From the NCBI GenBank assembly GCA_947174985.1, contig CAMWLB010000001.1, positions 1-38,065 on the forward strand: a stretch of 38,065 bases of DNA, given 5' to 3'. Below the pieces are notes generated by a model, which saw only the letters and a program-made list of their open reading frames with translations, had not been told where the DNA came from and did no database searches. This document shows positions 10,453 to 19,279 of this stretch, one piece after another. Source of the stretch: an uncultured Lachnospiraceae bacterium. Its GTDB lineage: Bacteria; Bacillota; Clostridia; Lachnospirales; Lachnospiraceae. Position numbers and translations under genes: made by a program. The stretch's first letter is position 1. Every line of letters begins with the position of its first letter.

Positions 10453-10490
10453 AAAAGGCGGCTTAGGAGAAATATCCTAAGCCGCCTTAT
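10453..10490. terminator. bidirectional terminator between convergent genes
   Basis: Perfect 14-bp stem AAGGCGGCTTAGGA/TCCTAAGCCGCCTT. Confidence 0.85.
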
Positions 10491-10522
10491 CATTTCTTAT
10501 AGAAATGACTTATTGTGTTGCA

Positions 10523-10693
10523 TTATTCCTCAGAAATAGCGCCTACAGGACATACGCCTGCGCAGGAACCGCAGTTAATGCAGGTGTTAGGGTCGATTTC
10601 CATTTTGCCATCGCCCATGCTGATTGCACCTACGGGACACTGAGATTCACAAGCACCACAAGAAACACATGTATCGCTGATAACAAATGCCAT
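10523..10693 (-). CDS. 2[4Fe-4S] clostridial-type ferredoxin, 56 aa (absent from the ORF track)
   Basis: Manual translation MAFVISDTCVSCGACESQCPVGAISMGDGKMEIDPNTCINCGSCAGVCPVGAISEE; two CxxCxxCxxxCP motifs; AAGGAGG RBS. Confidence 0.97.
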   Translation of the reverse strand: MAFVISDTCVSCGACESQCPVGAISMGDGKMEIDPNTCINCGSCAGVCPVGAISEE

Positions 10694-10785
10694 AATATTA
10701 TCCTCCTTTAATTGCGTATTTAATCTTAATATAAATGCCTCATCGTTTATATTCTAATATAAAATACGGACAAATACAAGCCCTT

Positions 10786-11544
10786 TTATGCGTTTTGCAT
10801 TTCTGCGCGGCGTTTTTTGATGCCCGCCAATATAACGGCTTTCTTTTCCACCACTTTATCTTTGTCCATGGCGGGAACGCCGTGGAGCTTGTAGGGAAGC
10901 CCGAGGGATTCGTATTTTTTTTCACCCATCGTGTGATAGGGAAGGACATCCAATGCCTTCAGGTTGTGGAATTGTCCGATAAAATAGCCAAGCTGCTCCA
11001 AATATATGTCATCGTCCGTGATGCCTGGTACAACTACATGGCGAATCCACATATCAATCTTTTTCTCGTCAAGATACCTGCAGAAGTCTAAAATATTGGT
11101 GTTAGGCTGACTTGTCAGTTCTAAATGCTTTTGTGGGTCGATGTGTTTGATATCCAGCATAACCAAATCGGTCAGTTCTGCCAATTTGTCCATTTTTTTC
11201 ATGAACTCTGTGTTGCTGCGGTTAAATGCGATGCCGGAGCTGTCTATACAGGTATGAATATTGTTCTTTCTTGCAAGGGTGAACAAGTCAATCAAAAAAT
11301 CAATCTGCATCAAAGGTTCACCGCCGGTTACCGTGATGCCGCCGTCCTTGTAAAAGCCCCTGTTGCGTTCAAACTGTTCAATGATTTCTGCCGGCTCCAT
11401 CATGGTGCCGCCTGCCATCTCCCATGTGTCGGGGTTGTGACAGTAAGCGCAGCGCATGGGGCAGCCCTGTACAAAAACAACGAAGCGGACACCGGGGCCG
11501 TCCACGGTGCCAAAACTTTCCAGAGAATGTATTCTGCCTTTCAT
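10786..11544 (-). CDS. pflA: pyruvate formate-lyase activating enzyme (radical SAM)
   Basis: IHSLESFGTVDGPGVR, CPMRCAYCHNPDTW, TGGEPL, LPYHTMG. Confidence 0.97.
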   Translation of the reverse strand: MKGRIHSLESFGTVDGPGVRFVVFVQGCPMRCAYCHNPDTWEMAGGTMMEPAEIIEQFERNRGFYKDGGITVTGGEPLMQIDFLIDLFTLARKNNIHTCIDSSGIAFNRSNTEFMKKMDKLAELTDLVMLDIKHIDPQKHLELTSQPNTNILDFCRYLDEKKIDMWIRHVVVPGITDDDIYLEQLGYFIGQFHNLKALDVLPYHTMGEKKYESLGLPYKLHGVPAMDKDKVVEKKAVILAGIKKRRAEMQNA

Positions 11545-11582
11545 AGAGAACCTCTTTTTATTAAAAGTGTCAAAGCTGTCGT

Positions 11583-11650
11583 GTCAAAAAGGGCTGTCAC
11601 CGTGTGCCGGCTGAAGACAACCGGCACAAAAACAGTACACAGCCCTTTGA
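11583..11650 (-). terminator. terminator/attenuator-like structure between the glycyl-radical subunit gene and pflA
   Basis: Nested stems AAAGGGCTGT/ACAGCCCTTT and TGTGCCGG/CCGGCACA, followed by a U run on the minus strand. Confidence 0.55.
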
Positions 11651-11673
11651 ATCAGTGATAAAACGGATTCGGA

Positions 11674-11913
11674 TTAAACAGCTTCATGGAATGTACGGGA
11701 GATAACGTCTGCCTGCTGTTCCGGTGTTAATTTAATGAAATTAACAGCGTATCCGGATACACGGATAGTAAGCTGAGGATAGTTCTCAGGATGCTTCTGT
11801 GCGTCCAACAGGGTATCTCTGTTGAGTACATTTACATTCAGGTGATGACCGCCCTTTGTTGCATAGCCATCAAGTAAAGCTACTAAATTGTCAACCTGTG
11901 CATTTGCTGCCAT
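11674..11913 (-). CDS. grcA: stand-alone glycyl-radical subunit of PFL (GrcA-like)
   Basis: HHLNVNV...[13 protein letters not shown]...ISRTFH corresponds to the PFL C-terminal domain; own AGGAGG RBS. Confidence 0.9.
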   Translation of the reverse strand: MAANAQVDNLVALLDGYATKGGHHLNVNVLNRDTLLDAQKHPENYPQLTIRVSGYAVNFIKLTPEQQADVISRTFHEAV

Positions 11914-11931
11914 AATTTTATTCCTCCTAAT

Positions 11932-12159
11932 TTAATTTTTGTCGCTGTCTTTGCGACCGCTGTAATCATCAAGTCCCTGATGAAGAGTGGGAACACTGCA
12001 TGCTAAAGGTGTTCTGGAGCAATCCGTACACCCCATTGTCTGAACGTTTTTGGAATTATCGCTGTTTTCATCAAAGTCCACATTGACGTGGCCGACACCG
12101 TTTGCCATGCCGGAATCCAGCATTTTTACCAAATCATCAATCATAGATTTTTCGTCCAT
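11932..12159 (-). CDS. 75-aa protein; N-terminus paralogous to the glycyl-radical subunit, C-terminal CxxC-x6-C motif
   Basis: GAGGAGG RBS before ATG 12159; embedded in the pfl operon with about 20-bp gaps on each side. Confidence 0.8.
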   Translation of the reverse strand: MDEKSMIDDLVKMLDSGMANGVGHVNVDFDENSDNSKNVQTMGCTDCSRTPLACSVPTLHQGLDDYSGRKDSDKN

Positions 12160-12178
12160 GGTGTTCCTCCTCAATTAG

Positions 12179-14218
12179 TTATTTGTTTAAATCTAACTCC
12201 AGATCGCCGGAGAATACCTGAGCTTCCTTGCCGAGTGCGCCGGGGATGATGGTGAAGGTATTGGAGATACCGTCCTGTGCATCCTCGAAAGGCAGTTTTG
12301 CTACAGAAGAAAGGGAAGCAACAGCGCCGTGGGTATCACGTCCATGCATCGGGTTAGCACCAGGTGCAAAAGGCTGGCCTTTCTTACGTCCGTCAGGGGT
12401 GTTACCGGTTGCCTTGCCGTAGGTTACGTTGGAAGTAATGGTAAGAACGGACATGGTAGGAACACCGTTTCTGTATACGTGGTTTCTTCTGATTGCGGTC
12501 ATGAATCTGGATACGATGTCATGTGCAATGGTATCTACACGGTCGTCGTCGTTGCCGTATTTCGGGAAATCGCCGGTGGTCTTGAAGTCAACAATGATGC
12601 CGTCTTCGTCACGAACCACTTCAACCTTAGCGTACTTGATTGCGGAGAGGGAGTCTGCAACGATGGACAGACCAGCCAGACCGGTTGCAAAGTAACGCTT
12701 TACGTCTCTGTCATGAAGAGCCATCTGTGCTCTCTCATAGCAGTACTTGTCATGCATATAGTGGATAACATTCAGGGTGTTTACATAAACATCTGCCTGC
12801 CATTCCATCATATCGATGAATTTATCCATTACATCATCATAATCCAGAACGTCGCCGGTAACAGGACGGTACTTAGGTCCAACCTGTTTCTTGGTTACTT
12901 CGTCAATACCGCCGTTCAAAGCGTACAGAAGACATTTAGCCAGGTTAGCACGAGCACCGAAGAACTGCATTTCCTTACCGATAACCATGGAAGATACGCA
13001 GCATGCGATGCCGTAGTCGTCACCGTGGGTTACTCTCATCAAATCGTCATTCTCATACTGGATGGAAGAAGTCTGGATGGACATCTTTGCACAGTATCTC
13101 TTCCAGCTCTCAGGAAGTCTTGTGGACCAGAGAACTGTCAGGTTGGGCTCGGGAGAAGGTCCCAAGTTGGTCAGGGTGTGCAGATAACGGAAGCTCATCT
13201 TGGTTACCATATGACGTCCGTCAACACCAACACCGCCCAGAGATTCGGTTACCCAAACCGGGTCGCCTGCGAAAATCTGATTGTACTCAGGAGTACGTGC
13301 AAACTTGATGCAGCGCAGCTTCATAATGAAGTGGTCAACAAATTCCTGAATCTGCTCCTCGGTAAATACGCCTGCCTTTAAGTCTCTCTGCGCATAGCAG
13401 TCAAGGAAGGTGGAAGTACGTCCAAGGGACATAGCAGCACCGTTCTGCTCCTTTACAGCGCAGAGGTAACCGAAGTAAGTAGCCTGAATTGCTTCTTTTA
13501 CGTTAGTAGCAGGCTTGGAAATATCACAGCCATAGGAAGCAGCCATTTCCTTCATCAATTTCAGAGCAACCATCTGCTCGGAAATCTCTTCACGAAGACG
13601 GATAACGTCGTCTGTCATAACACGTCCGGTAGAATCCTTCTGTGCCTGTTTGTCTTCAATCAGTCTGTCGATACCGTACAGAGCAACACGTCTATAGTCG
13701 CCGATGATACGTCCGCGGCCGTAAGCATCCGGAAGACCTGTGATGATATGAGAAGAACGGCAGGCTCTCATTTCCTGATTGTATGCATCGAAGCAGCCTG
13801 CGTTGTGTGTCTTTCTGTGGGTGGAGAAGAACTCGCTCACTTCAGGGTCAACCTCGTAGCCATTGTCAGAACATGCCTTCTCTGCCATTCTGATACCGCC
13901 GTAAGGCTGCAGGGAGCGCTTAAACGGCTTGTCTGTCTGGAAGCCTACGATGGTCTCCTTATCTTTGTCAAGATATCCGGGTCCGTGGGAAGTGATGGTG
14001 GAGATAACCTTGGTGTCCATATCAAGAACGCCGCCTGCTTCTCTTTCCTTCTTCTGTAACTCCAATACCTGTGCCCATAAATCCTTTGTGTTCTGTGTAG
14101 CTTCGGCTAAGAAGGATTCGTCCCCGTCATAGGGCTCGTAATTCCTCTGGATGAAATCGCGAACATTGATTTCATTTTCCCATTTGCCGCCTACAAAATC
14201 ATTCCATTCTGGTCTCAT
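12179..14218 (-). CDS. pflB: pyruvate formate-lyase catalytic body (679 aa) lacking the glycyl-radical domain
   Basis: [29 protein letters not shown] active-site Cys pair, [13 protein letters not shown]; ends 15 aa after PGALGK; AGGAGG RBS before ATG 14218. Confidence 0.95.
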   Translation of the reverse strand: MRPEWNDFVGGKWENEINVRDFIQRNYEPYDGDESFLAEATQNTKDLWAQVLELQKKEREAGGVLDMDTKVISTITSHGPGYLDKDKETIVGFQTDKPFKRSLQPYGGIRMAEKACSDNGYEVDPEVSEFFSTHRKTHNAGCFDAYNQEMRACRSSHIITGLPDAYGRGRIIGDYRRVALYGIDRLIEDKQAQKDSTGRVMTDDVIRLREEISEQMVALKLMKEMAASYGCDISKPATNVKEAIQATYFGYLCAVKEQNGAAMSLGRTSTFLDCYAQRDLKAGVFTEEQIQEFVDHFIMKLRCIKFARTPEYNQIFAGDPVWVTESLGGVGVDGRHMVTKMSFRYLHTLTNLGPSPEPNLTVLWSTRLPESWKRYCAKMSIQTSSIQYENDDLMRVTHGDDYGIACCVSSMVIGKEMQFFGARANLAKCLLYALNGGIDEVTKKQVGPKYRPVTGDVLDYDDVMDKFIDMMEWQADVYVNTLNVIHYMHDKYCYERAQMALHDRDVKRYFATGLAGLSIVADSLSAIKYAKVEVVRDEDGIIVDFKTTGDFPKYGNDDDRVDTIAHDIVSRFMTAIRRNHVYRNGVPTMSVLTITSNVTYGKATGNTPDGRKKGQPFAPGANPMHGRDTHGAVASLSSVAKLPFEDAQDGISNTFTIIPGALGKEAQVFSGDLELDLNK

Positions 14219-14284
14219 TTTGAAATGCCTCCTATAAAATTTGATTAGTTGAATCAGTGGTTCGGTTGCTAATCTTATGAAAAT

Positions 14285-14313
14285 ATTATATGAAAAACGT
14301 GTATACACGTCAA
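14285..14313 (-). promoter_or_regulatory. sigmaA promoter of the pfl operon, overlapped by a 14-bp palindrome
   Basis: Minus strand TTGACG-17 bp-TATAAT; ACGTGTATACACGT at 14297-14310. Confidence 0.75.
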
Positions 14314-14401
14314 GCGCGCAAATGTACTTTTTTCTATACAAATACTTATTTTAACTAATGTTTTACAAAAAATACAAGAAAAATTCATTTTTGGGAATGA
14401 C

Positions 14402-14430
14402 TTGCCAAAAGACAGGGAAAGTATTATACT
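14402..14430 (+). promoter_or_regulatory. sigmaA promoter of the DUF1858 gene
   Basis: TTGCCA-17 bp-TATACT. Confidence 0.65.
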
Positions 14431-14456
14431 AAACAGGTACAAAAGGAGGTGGAACT

Positions 14457-14648
14457 ATGCAGAATATTACAAAGGACATGACAATCGGCGAAATTTTAAG
14501 ACAGGCGCCTGAAGTGGCTCCCATTCTGATGGAGGCGGGTATGCATTGTCTTGGCTGTCCTTCCGCACAGGGAGAATCTCTGGAAGAGGCGGCGATGGTG
14601 CATGGCATGGATGTGGATGCTCTGATGGAGAAGATTGCGGCTTTATAA
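14457..14648 (+). CDS. DUF1858 / hybrid-cluster-associated redox disulfide domain protein
   Basis: [11 protein letters not shown]...[23 protein letters not shown]; strong RBS. Confidence 0.9.
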   Translation: MQNITKDMTIGEILRQAPEVAPILMEAGMHCLGCPSAQGESLEEAAMVHGMDVDALMEKIAAL

Positions 14649-14703
14649 ATCCGGAAAGAATTTCGTATTAAGCGGGTGCGTCTTGCACTCCGGTTTCATA
14701 ACA

Positions 14704-14733
14704 AAAAAAGAGGCTGTCTGACAGCCTCTTTTT
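14704..14733. terminator. bidirectional terminator
   Basis: AAAAAGAGGCTGT/ACAGCCTCTTTTT stem between convergent genes. Confidence 0.85.
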
Positions 14734-14744
14734 GTAGTTTGCGA

Positions 14745-15506
14745 TTAGATTCCTGCAAGCGACTGGAGGGCATTCTGTGCGATAATCGCGGAATAGTGCT
14801 CTTCCAGATAGGAACGGCTTGCGGGAAGACTCTTGCGGGCGCTTCCGTATTCTGACAAAATATTGCAGACACGGTTGAACTCCTTGGGGGTATGCCCGCT
14901 TTTCTGCACTACAAGCAGATATAAGCCTTCGGATTCGTCCTTGTACAGAGAGTTTTCACCTTGGTAATTTCCGGCAAGCATGCCTGCGAGCCGTGTCAGA
15001 TTGTATAGGGAATCAAATACAAAAATCCGTGTCAAATCAGCGCTTTCGGAATCGCCTTCATTTTTATTGCTGCGTTCAGGCTTTGTCTGTGTGCTCTGCG
15101 TTTCGCCTGCTGCCGCCTTACGGCTTTCATGCAGCCGCTTAAATAAATCGAGCACTTCATCGGCACCGTCAGTCATATCTTCGATGGAATCGTCCATATC
15201 GTCGTCCTCGTCATGGACAGAGGGGGCAAACTTGGAAAAACGTGTATCCAGCTCTTCCGGATCCTCCACCTTTGTTATAATCAGTACAATGCACTCTGAA
15301 TTGAGAGGGATTGCTTCTATCATCAAGGGAATATCTTCCGCTTCGAAACCACATTCAAAGGAAGCCTGCTGCATCATGTCACGGAAAAGATTTTTTGCCT
15401 TCTCTGTACCGTATGCAAGTTCGCTAATCTTTAACTCGCGGTCCGCCAAATCCTCACGGGTCAGCGTACAGCGAATTTGGTTTTCATTCACTTTTTCAAT
15501 TTTCAT
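14745..15506 (-). CDS. mecA: ClpC adaptor protein MecA (not the PBP2a mecA)
   Basis: MKIEKVNENQIRCTLTREDLADR...ILSEYG...YLEEH...AL; upstream TTGACT-17-TAAGAT promoter at 15585-15613. Confidence 0.88.
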   Translation of the reverse strand: MKIEKVNENQIRCTLTREDLADRELKISELAYGTEKAKNLFRDMMQQASFECGFEAEDIPLMIEAIPLNSECIVLIITKVEDPEELDTRFSKFAPSVHDEDDDMDDSIEDMTDGADEVLDLFKRLHESRKAAAGETQSTQTKPERSNKNEGDSESADLTRIFVFDSLYNLTRLAGMLAGNYQGENSLYKDESEGLYLLVVQKSGHTPKEFNRVCNILSEYGSARKSLPASRSYLEEHYSAIIAQNALQSLAGI

Positions 15507-15670
15507 GCTATCACATCCTTACTGTTAAGATACTGCATTTTTGTTGGTTGGTGACTGAAACTCCCGTAAAATCTGACTAAAAGTATCTTATACTTTTCGA
15601 ACCTCTAAGTCAAGAGTGCCAGCGCAGTTTAACGATTTTTTATAAAATTTTATGAATTTTAAAATTTTAC

Positions 15671-15699
15671 TTGCAAAATATACCAGTGTTGATTATAAT
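15671..15699 (+). promoter_or_regulatory. sigmaA promoter with no adjacent annotated gene
   Basis: TTGCAA-17 bp-TATAAT with an AT-rich upstream region. Confidence 0.6.
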
Positions 15700-16130
15700 A
15701 AAACCCTAAGATGCCTCCGGCAATCTGTACGGAGAGGAGGCAGTGCGGTACATTTTATTTTTCTTTCTAAGGTTCAGGATTATCAGTTTAAGTCTATTTT
15801 ATCTATGCTTTCGTAATTCAAAGCGATTTCCGGTTTTAGAAAGTATTTTAGCATTTATTTTGTGAAATTTTTAGTATCTTGTCCGCAGAAAAAATGTTAC
15901 TTCTATAGTATGCGGATGTCTTGCAGGCTTATGTGTCTGTATCTAATTTAATTATTTCCAAATTTTTTGCTCGTTTTAATTCAATTTTTCAGGTAGTTTT
16001 AGTATTTTTTGTACAGTCGGGGCATCTTAGTATATGCAGAAATTTACAAAAGAAGGCAGTATTTCGGAAAATTTATATCACGACTCTTTATGGTTATACC
16101 GAATATGCCGACGGCAAAGGAGGAAATTTT

Positions 16131-16343
16131 GTGTATGAAAAAGAAGGGCAGCGCCTGAAGGAAAAGCTGGAGAGTGTCAGAAAGTCCGGCGTCAGCCTTT
16201 TTCTGGAAGGAAAGCCGGCATCGCCGAGGGCGATAGCAGACAAATGCGTCCGCGAGGATGCCATCTATATGGCGGATTATGTGCTCGATGAGGACGGCAG
16301 ATTAAAAGAGCTGCGATATGACAGGATAACGGACTGGAAGTAA
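16131..16343 (+). CDS. small hypothetical protein (70 aa)
   Basis: AAAGGAGG RBS before GTG 16131; globular-looking sequence ending YMADYVLDEDGRLKELRYDRI. Confidence 0.7.
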   Translation: MYEKEGQRLKEKLESVRKSGVSLFLEGKPASPRAIADKCVREDAIYMADYVLDEDGRLKELRYDRITDWK

Positions 16344-16614
16344 TTGTCAGTGCCTCCATGGTTCGTCTGTTCTGTGTAGGACGGAAGCCGGAGAGCGGAT
16401 GTTTTTGCGGGAATGCCTCTCTGCCGTCAGCTTTTCCGGCTTCCGAACCTGAAAAAGGTCTTTGTAGGAGCATGGGGCGGAGTGCAGGATATTCATGAAA
16501 TATTAAGGGATTTTGTCAAAATTGGTAATGACGAAGTGGGGATAGTTTGTTATAATAAGGAATAAAATTGTATTTTATGTAAAGTACATTGCATGGAAAG
16601 GGAGCTGTTAAACC

Positions 16615-18333
16615 ATGAAAAAAGCCATACCGGTGTTGATTGCCATTATACTGATTATTATTATAGGAGCCGCCGCTTTTGGGGCAAAGATTATTGAAAA
16701 ATATTCCTATTCCCGTGAGAGGGCGGACTTATACGAATATTTTCACATTACAAAAGAAGATGAAGTGTCGATTGTCCTGCAGGATGAAATGGTGGAAGAG
16801 AAGGCGTTCATGAAGGATGGCGTATGCTATTTTGACCTTGCAACGGTACACCGTTATTTTAACGACAGATTCTATGTGGATTCGGTGGAGCAGCTTCTTC
16901 TCTATACGACACCCACTGATATTATACGGACGCCAATCGGCACCAATGCATTCCAGATAAACGGCGCGCCTCAGGACGCCGGATATATGCTAAGTTTTTC
17001 CCGTACCAGCGGCGATGTTACCACTTATTATGTAGCGGCCGATTTTGTAAAACAGTACACCAATTTCTCCTATCAGGTGTTTGAGAACCCGCTGCGTATG
17101 CAGGTCTATACAGAGTGGGAGCAGAGGCAGGTAGCCGATATTTCCGCTGCCACGGCAGTCAGGGTGTTAGGCGGAGTAAAAAGCCCTATCTTAAGGGATT
17201 TGTCTGCTTCGGAAACCGTGATAATCCTTGACAAAATGGAGACATGGTGCAAGATTAAGACGGAAGATGGGATGATAGGCTATGTGGAAAACAAATTTTT
17301 GGAAAATGAGCGGGAGGAAACGCCGGAACCGGTGACGGATGTAGTACCTCCGGTATATACCTCTCTTACGCGAGATAAGAAAATCTGTATCGGCTGGCAT
17401 GCTGTTGCATCCTCCAGCGGCAATGATACGCTGAATAAGGTGACTGCCGATGCGAGCTCGCTGACAGTGATTGCGCCTACTTGGTTCAGCCTAAAGGATA
17501 ATGAAGGAAACATCCAGAGTTTTGCCTCGTCCTCTTATGTGGAAAAGGCGCATAACAAGGGGCTGGAAGTGTGGGGTGTTGTAGATGATTTCAATTACCG
17601 TGCCAATACAGGCGAGGAGGTGGACGTATATACGATACTGTCCGCAACCACGACGAGAACTTATCTGATAGACAGGATTATGGAGGCGGCGGCAGCCTGC
17701 GGCATGGACGGTATTAACATAGACTTTGAAAATATCACTGCTGAGTCAGGGGAACATTTTATCCAGTTTTTGCGGGAGTTGTCCATAAGATGTCGTGAGG
17801 CGGGGCTGGTGCTTTCGGTGGACAATTATGTTCCGTATAATTTCAATTCTTTCTACGATTTTGAAGAACAGGGAGTGGTTGCCGACTATGTGATTGTCAT
17901 GGGATATGACGAGCACTGGGCGGGCAGTCAGGAAGCGGGTTCGGTTGCATCCATTGATTATGTAAGGGGCGGCATCGAGAGAACCGTTGCAAATGTGCCT
18001 GCCAACAAGGTGATTAATGCGCTGCCTTTTTATACCAGATTATGGAAGGTAGAGGGGACGACGGTTACGAGCGAAGCATATCCGATGGCGAATGTGGATT
18101 CCGTTCTGAACACGTATGGCATGGAAGCAGAATGGGACGAGACGACGGGACAAAATTATGCAGAAGTCACCAAAGATGGGACAAGTTATCAGATATGGAT
18201 TGAGGATTTGCAGTCCATCAGCGTAAAACTGAACGTGATGCAGAGCTATAATCTGGGAGGCGTCGCCGCATGGCGTCTGGGCTACGAGCCTGCGGCTGTG
18301 TGGGAGGTTATAGCTTCCTATCTGGAGCAGTAA
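16615..18333 (+). CDS. membrane-anchored SH3 + GH18 glycoside hydrolase (spore peptidoglycan hydrolase/chitinase-like)
   Basis: N-terminal TM segment; SH3b-like WCKIKTEDGMIGYV; DGINIDFE catalytic motif; VMGYDEHW; AAWRLG. Confidence 0.9.
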   Translation: MKKAIPVLIAIILIIIIGAAAFGAKIIEKYSYSRERADLYEYFHITKEDEVSIVLQDEMVEEKAFMKDGVCYFDLATVHRYFNDRFYVDSVEQLLLYTTPTDIIRTPIGTNAFQINGAPQDAGYMLSFSRTSGDVTTYYVAADFVKQYTNFSYQVFENPLRMQVYTEWEQRQVADISAATAVRVLGGVKSPILRDLSASETVIILDKMETWCKIKTEDGMIGYVENKFLENEREETPEPVTDVVPPVYTSLTRDKKICIGWHAVASSSGNDTLNKVTADASSLTVIAPTWFSLKDNEGNIQSFASSSYVEKAHNKGLEVWGVVDDFNYRANTGEEVDVYTILSATTTRTYLIDRIMEAAAACGMDGINIDFENITAESGEHFIQFLRELSIRCREAGLVLSVDNYVPYNFNSFYDFEEQGVVADYVIVMGYDEHWAGSQEAGSVASIDYVRGGIERTVANVPANKVINALPFYTRLWKVEGTTVTSEAYPMANVDSVLNTYGMEAEWDETTGQNYAEVTKDGTSYQIWIEDLQSISVKLNVMQSYNLGGVAAWRLGYEPAAVWEVIASYLEQ

Positions 18334-18379
18334 ACAAAAGATGTGCATACAGGCTGCATATGCCGACGATTTGTGCATG

Positions 18380-18408
18380 GCATAAGAGCCGTTTCCGACT
18401 CATATATT
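18380..18408 (+). promoter_or_regulatory. sigmaE-type (mother-cell) promoter of the interrupted amidase
   Basis: GCATAAG-14 bp-CATATATT fits the B. subtilis sigmaE consensus. Confidence 0.65.
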
Positions 18409-18438
18409 TTGGTAAATATGGAGTCGGGACGGATCATC

Positions 18439-18601
18439 ATGGAGCGAAAAAAATACATTGCGGCGTATATTACAGCGGCAATCATTCTGGCAGTAGCAGT
18501 GCCGGCAGCAATCAAAAAAACAGCAAAGGAAACCGCCGCCACAGAGGGCGCGAAAGCGGATGACAGACCCTGCGTCGTTCTGGACGCGGGGCATGGCGGC
18601 G
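18439..18601 (+). CDS. cwlD: 5' segment of an interrupted CwlD-type N-acetylmuramoyl-L-alanine amidase
   Basis: TM/signal segment then CVVLDAGHGG; the frame runs into the element and stops at 18609; alternative start at 18418. Confidence 0.85.
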
Positions 18602-18619
18602 GTAAGTAGCGGAAGAGTT
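18592..18619 (+). repeat. attL: core CATGGCGGCG plus element arm
   Basis: Core 18592-18601 is identical to 25207-25216; arm 18594-18619 is a 20/26 inverted match to 25181-25206. Confidence 0.88.
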
Positions 18620-18729
18620 CTCGTTTTCTATTTTAAATTCTATTTTTTGTAAATTCACTAAGTTGTAGCATGCTGATGAATTGCTTGATAATCATCCAAT
18701 TATAATTATAATTCACAGGAGAGATAATA

Positions 18730-19245
18730 GTGTCAAATGTTATATCGTTCAATGGTAAGGTTACACCTGATGACGATTCCCTCGTAATGTCAAACGGTGG
18801 CACAGATATGTTTATCAATATTCTTGCTTTGAGTGGAGCCGTAATTGCGCAAACTGAAAGTGAAAAGCAGATAATGGTTTATTTGTCTGAAAAAGACCAA
18901 ATCGTCGGCAGAGGCTGTGTTGGGTTTGCGATTGTTGAAATGCCGTGGGATAAAGAAACATTTGAAGCAGATAAGAGTTTTGTGATTAAGGTAATAAACG
19001 GGGCAAGAAACAAAATCGGTTGGGAGAAACTTGACTACAGTCCAAACGAGGAATTTGTTTCGCATTATTTAGATACCTTTGAAAATTTGATAAACAGAAT
19101 GACAATTGATGATATCAGAGAGGAGTCATTGGAGAATTGGCTGGCGGCGGCAGAGGCAGGTGACCCTATCTATTGTAATTTCCCGCGATGTAAGAAACAT
19201 AATACTTTTTTGACCTGTTTTGGGTGTCAGATATGTAATCATTAA
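18730..19245 (+). CDS. hypothetical cargo protein with a C-terminal Cys/His cluster
   Basis: AGGAG RBS; ends CKKH-x5-CFGCQICNH; AT-richer than the flanks. Confidence 0.75.
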   Translation: MSNVISFNGKVTPDDDSLVMSNGGTDMFINILALSGAVIAQTESEKQIMVYLSEKDQIVGRGCVGFAIVEMPWDKETFEADKSFVIKVINGARNKIGWEKLDYSPNEEFVSHYLDTFENLINRMTIDDIREESLENWLAAAEAGDPIYCNFPRCKKHNTFLTCFGCQICNH

Positions 19246-19279
19246 ACTTGAATATGCAAAAATACGCAGAAAAACCGAG

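Noticed and set aside
10505-10711. 68-aa plus-strand ORF (and 10735..11091, 11125..11658)
   Set aside because: Antisense shadows of the ferredoxin and pflA
11674-12200. pflB broken by a frameshift, intron, intein or IS
   Set aside because: Each of the three ORFs has a strong RBS and short spacers; no terminal repeats, splice-like structure or mobile-element gene is visible
12329-13381. 350-aa plus-strand ORF
   Set aside because: Antisense shadow of codon-biased pflB; the same applies to long antisense frames at 1195..2049, 6076..6789, 8500..9144, 24341..25099, 25111..25725 and 35637..36569
14745-15506. Methicillin-resistance mecA next to van genes
   Set aside because: Name coincidence only; this is the ClpC adaptor, not PBP2a
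15921-16130. N-terminal extension of the 140-aa ORF
   Set aside because: AT-rich intergenic sequence; the strong RBS points to GTG 16131
18343-18609. Stand-alone 88-aa protein as given in the ORF track
   Set aside because: It is the 5' half of the interrupted amidase; the last residues (GK-stop) come from the element, and the upstream extension overlaps the sigmaE-like promoter
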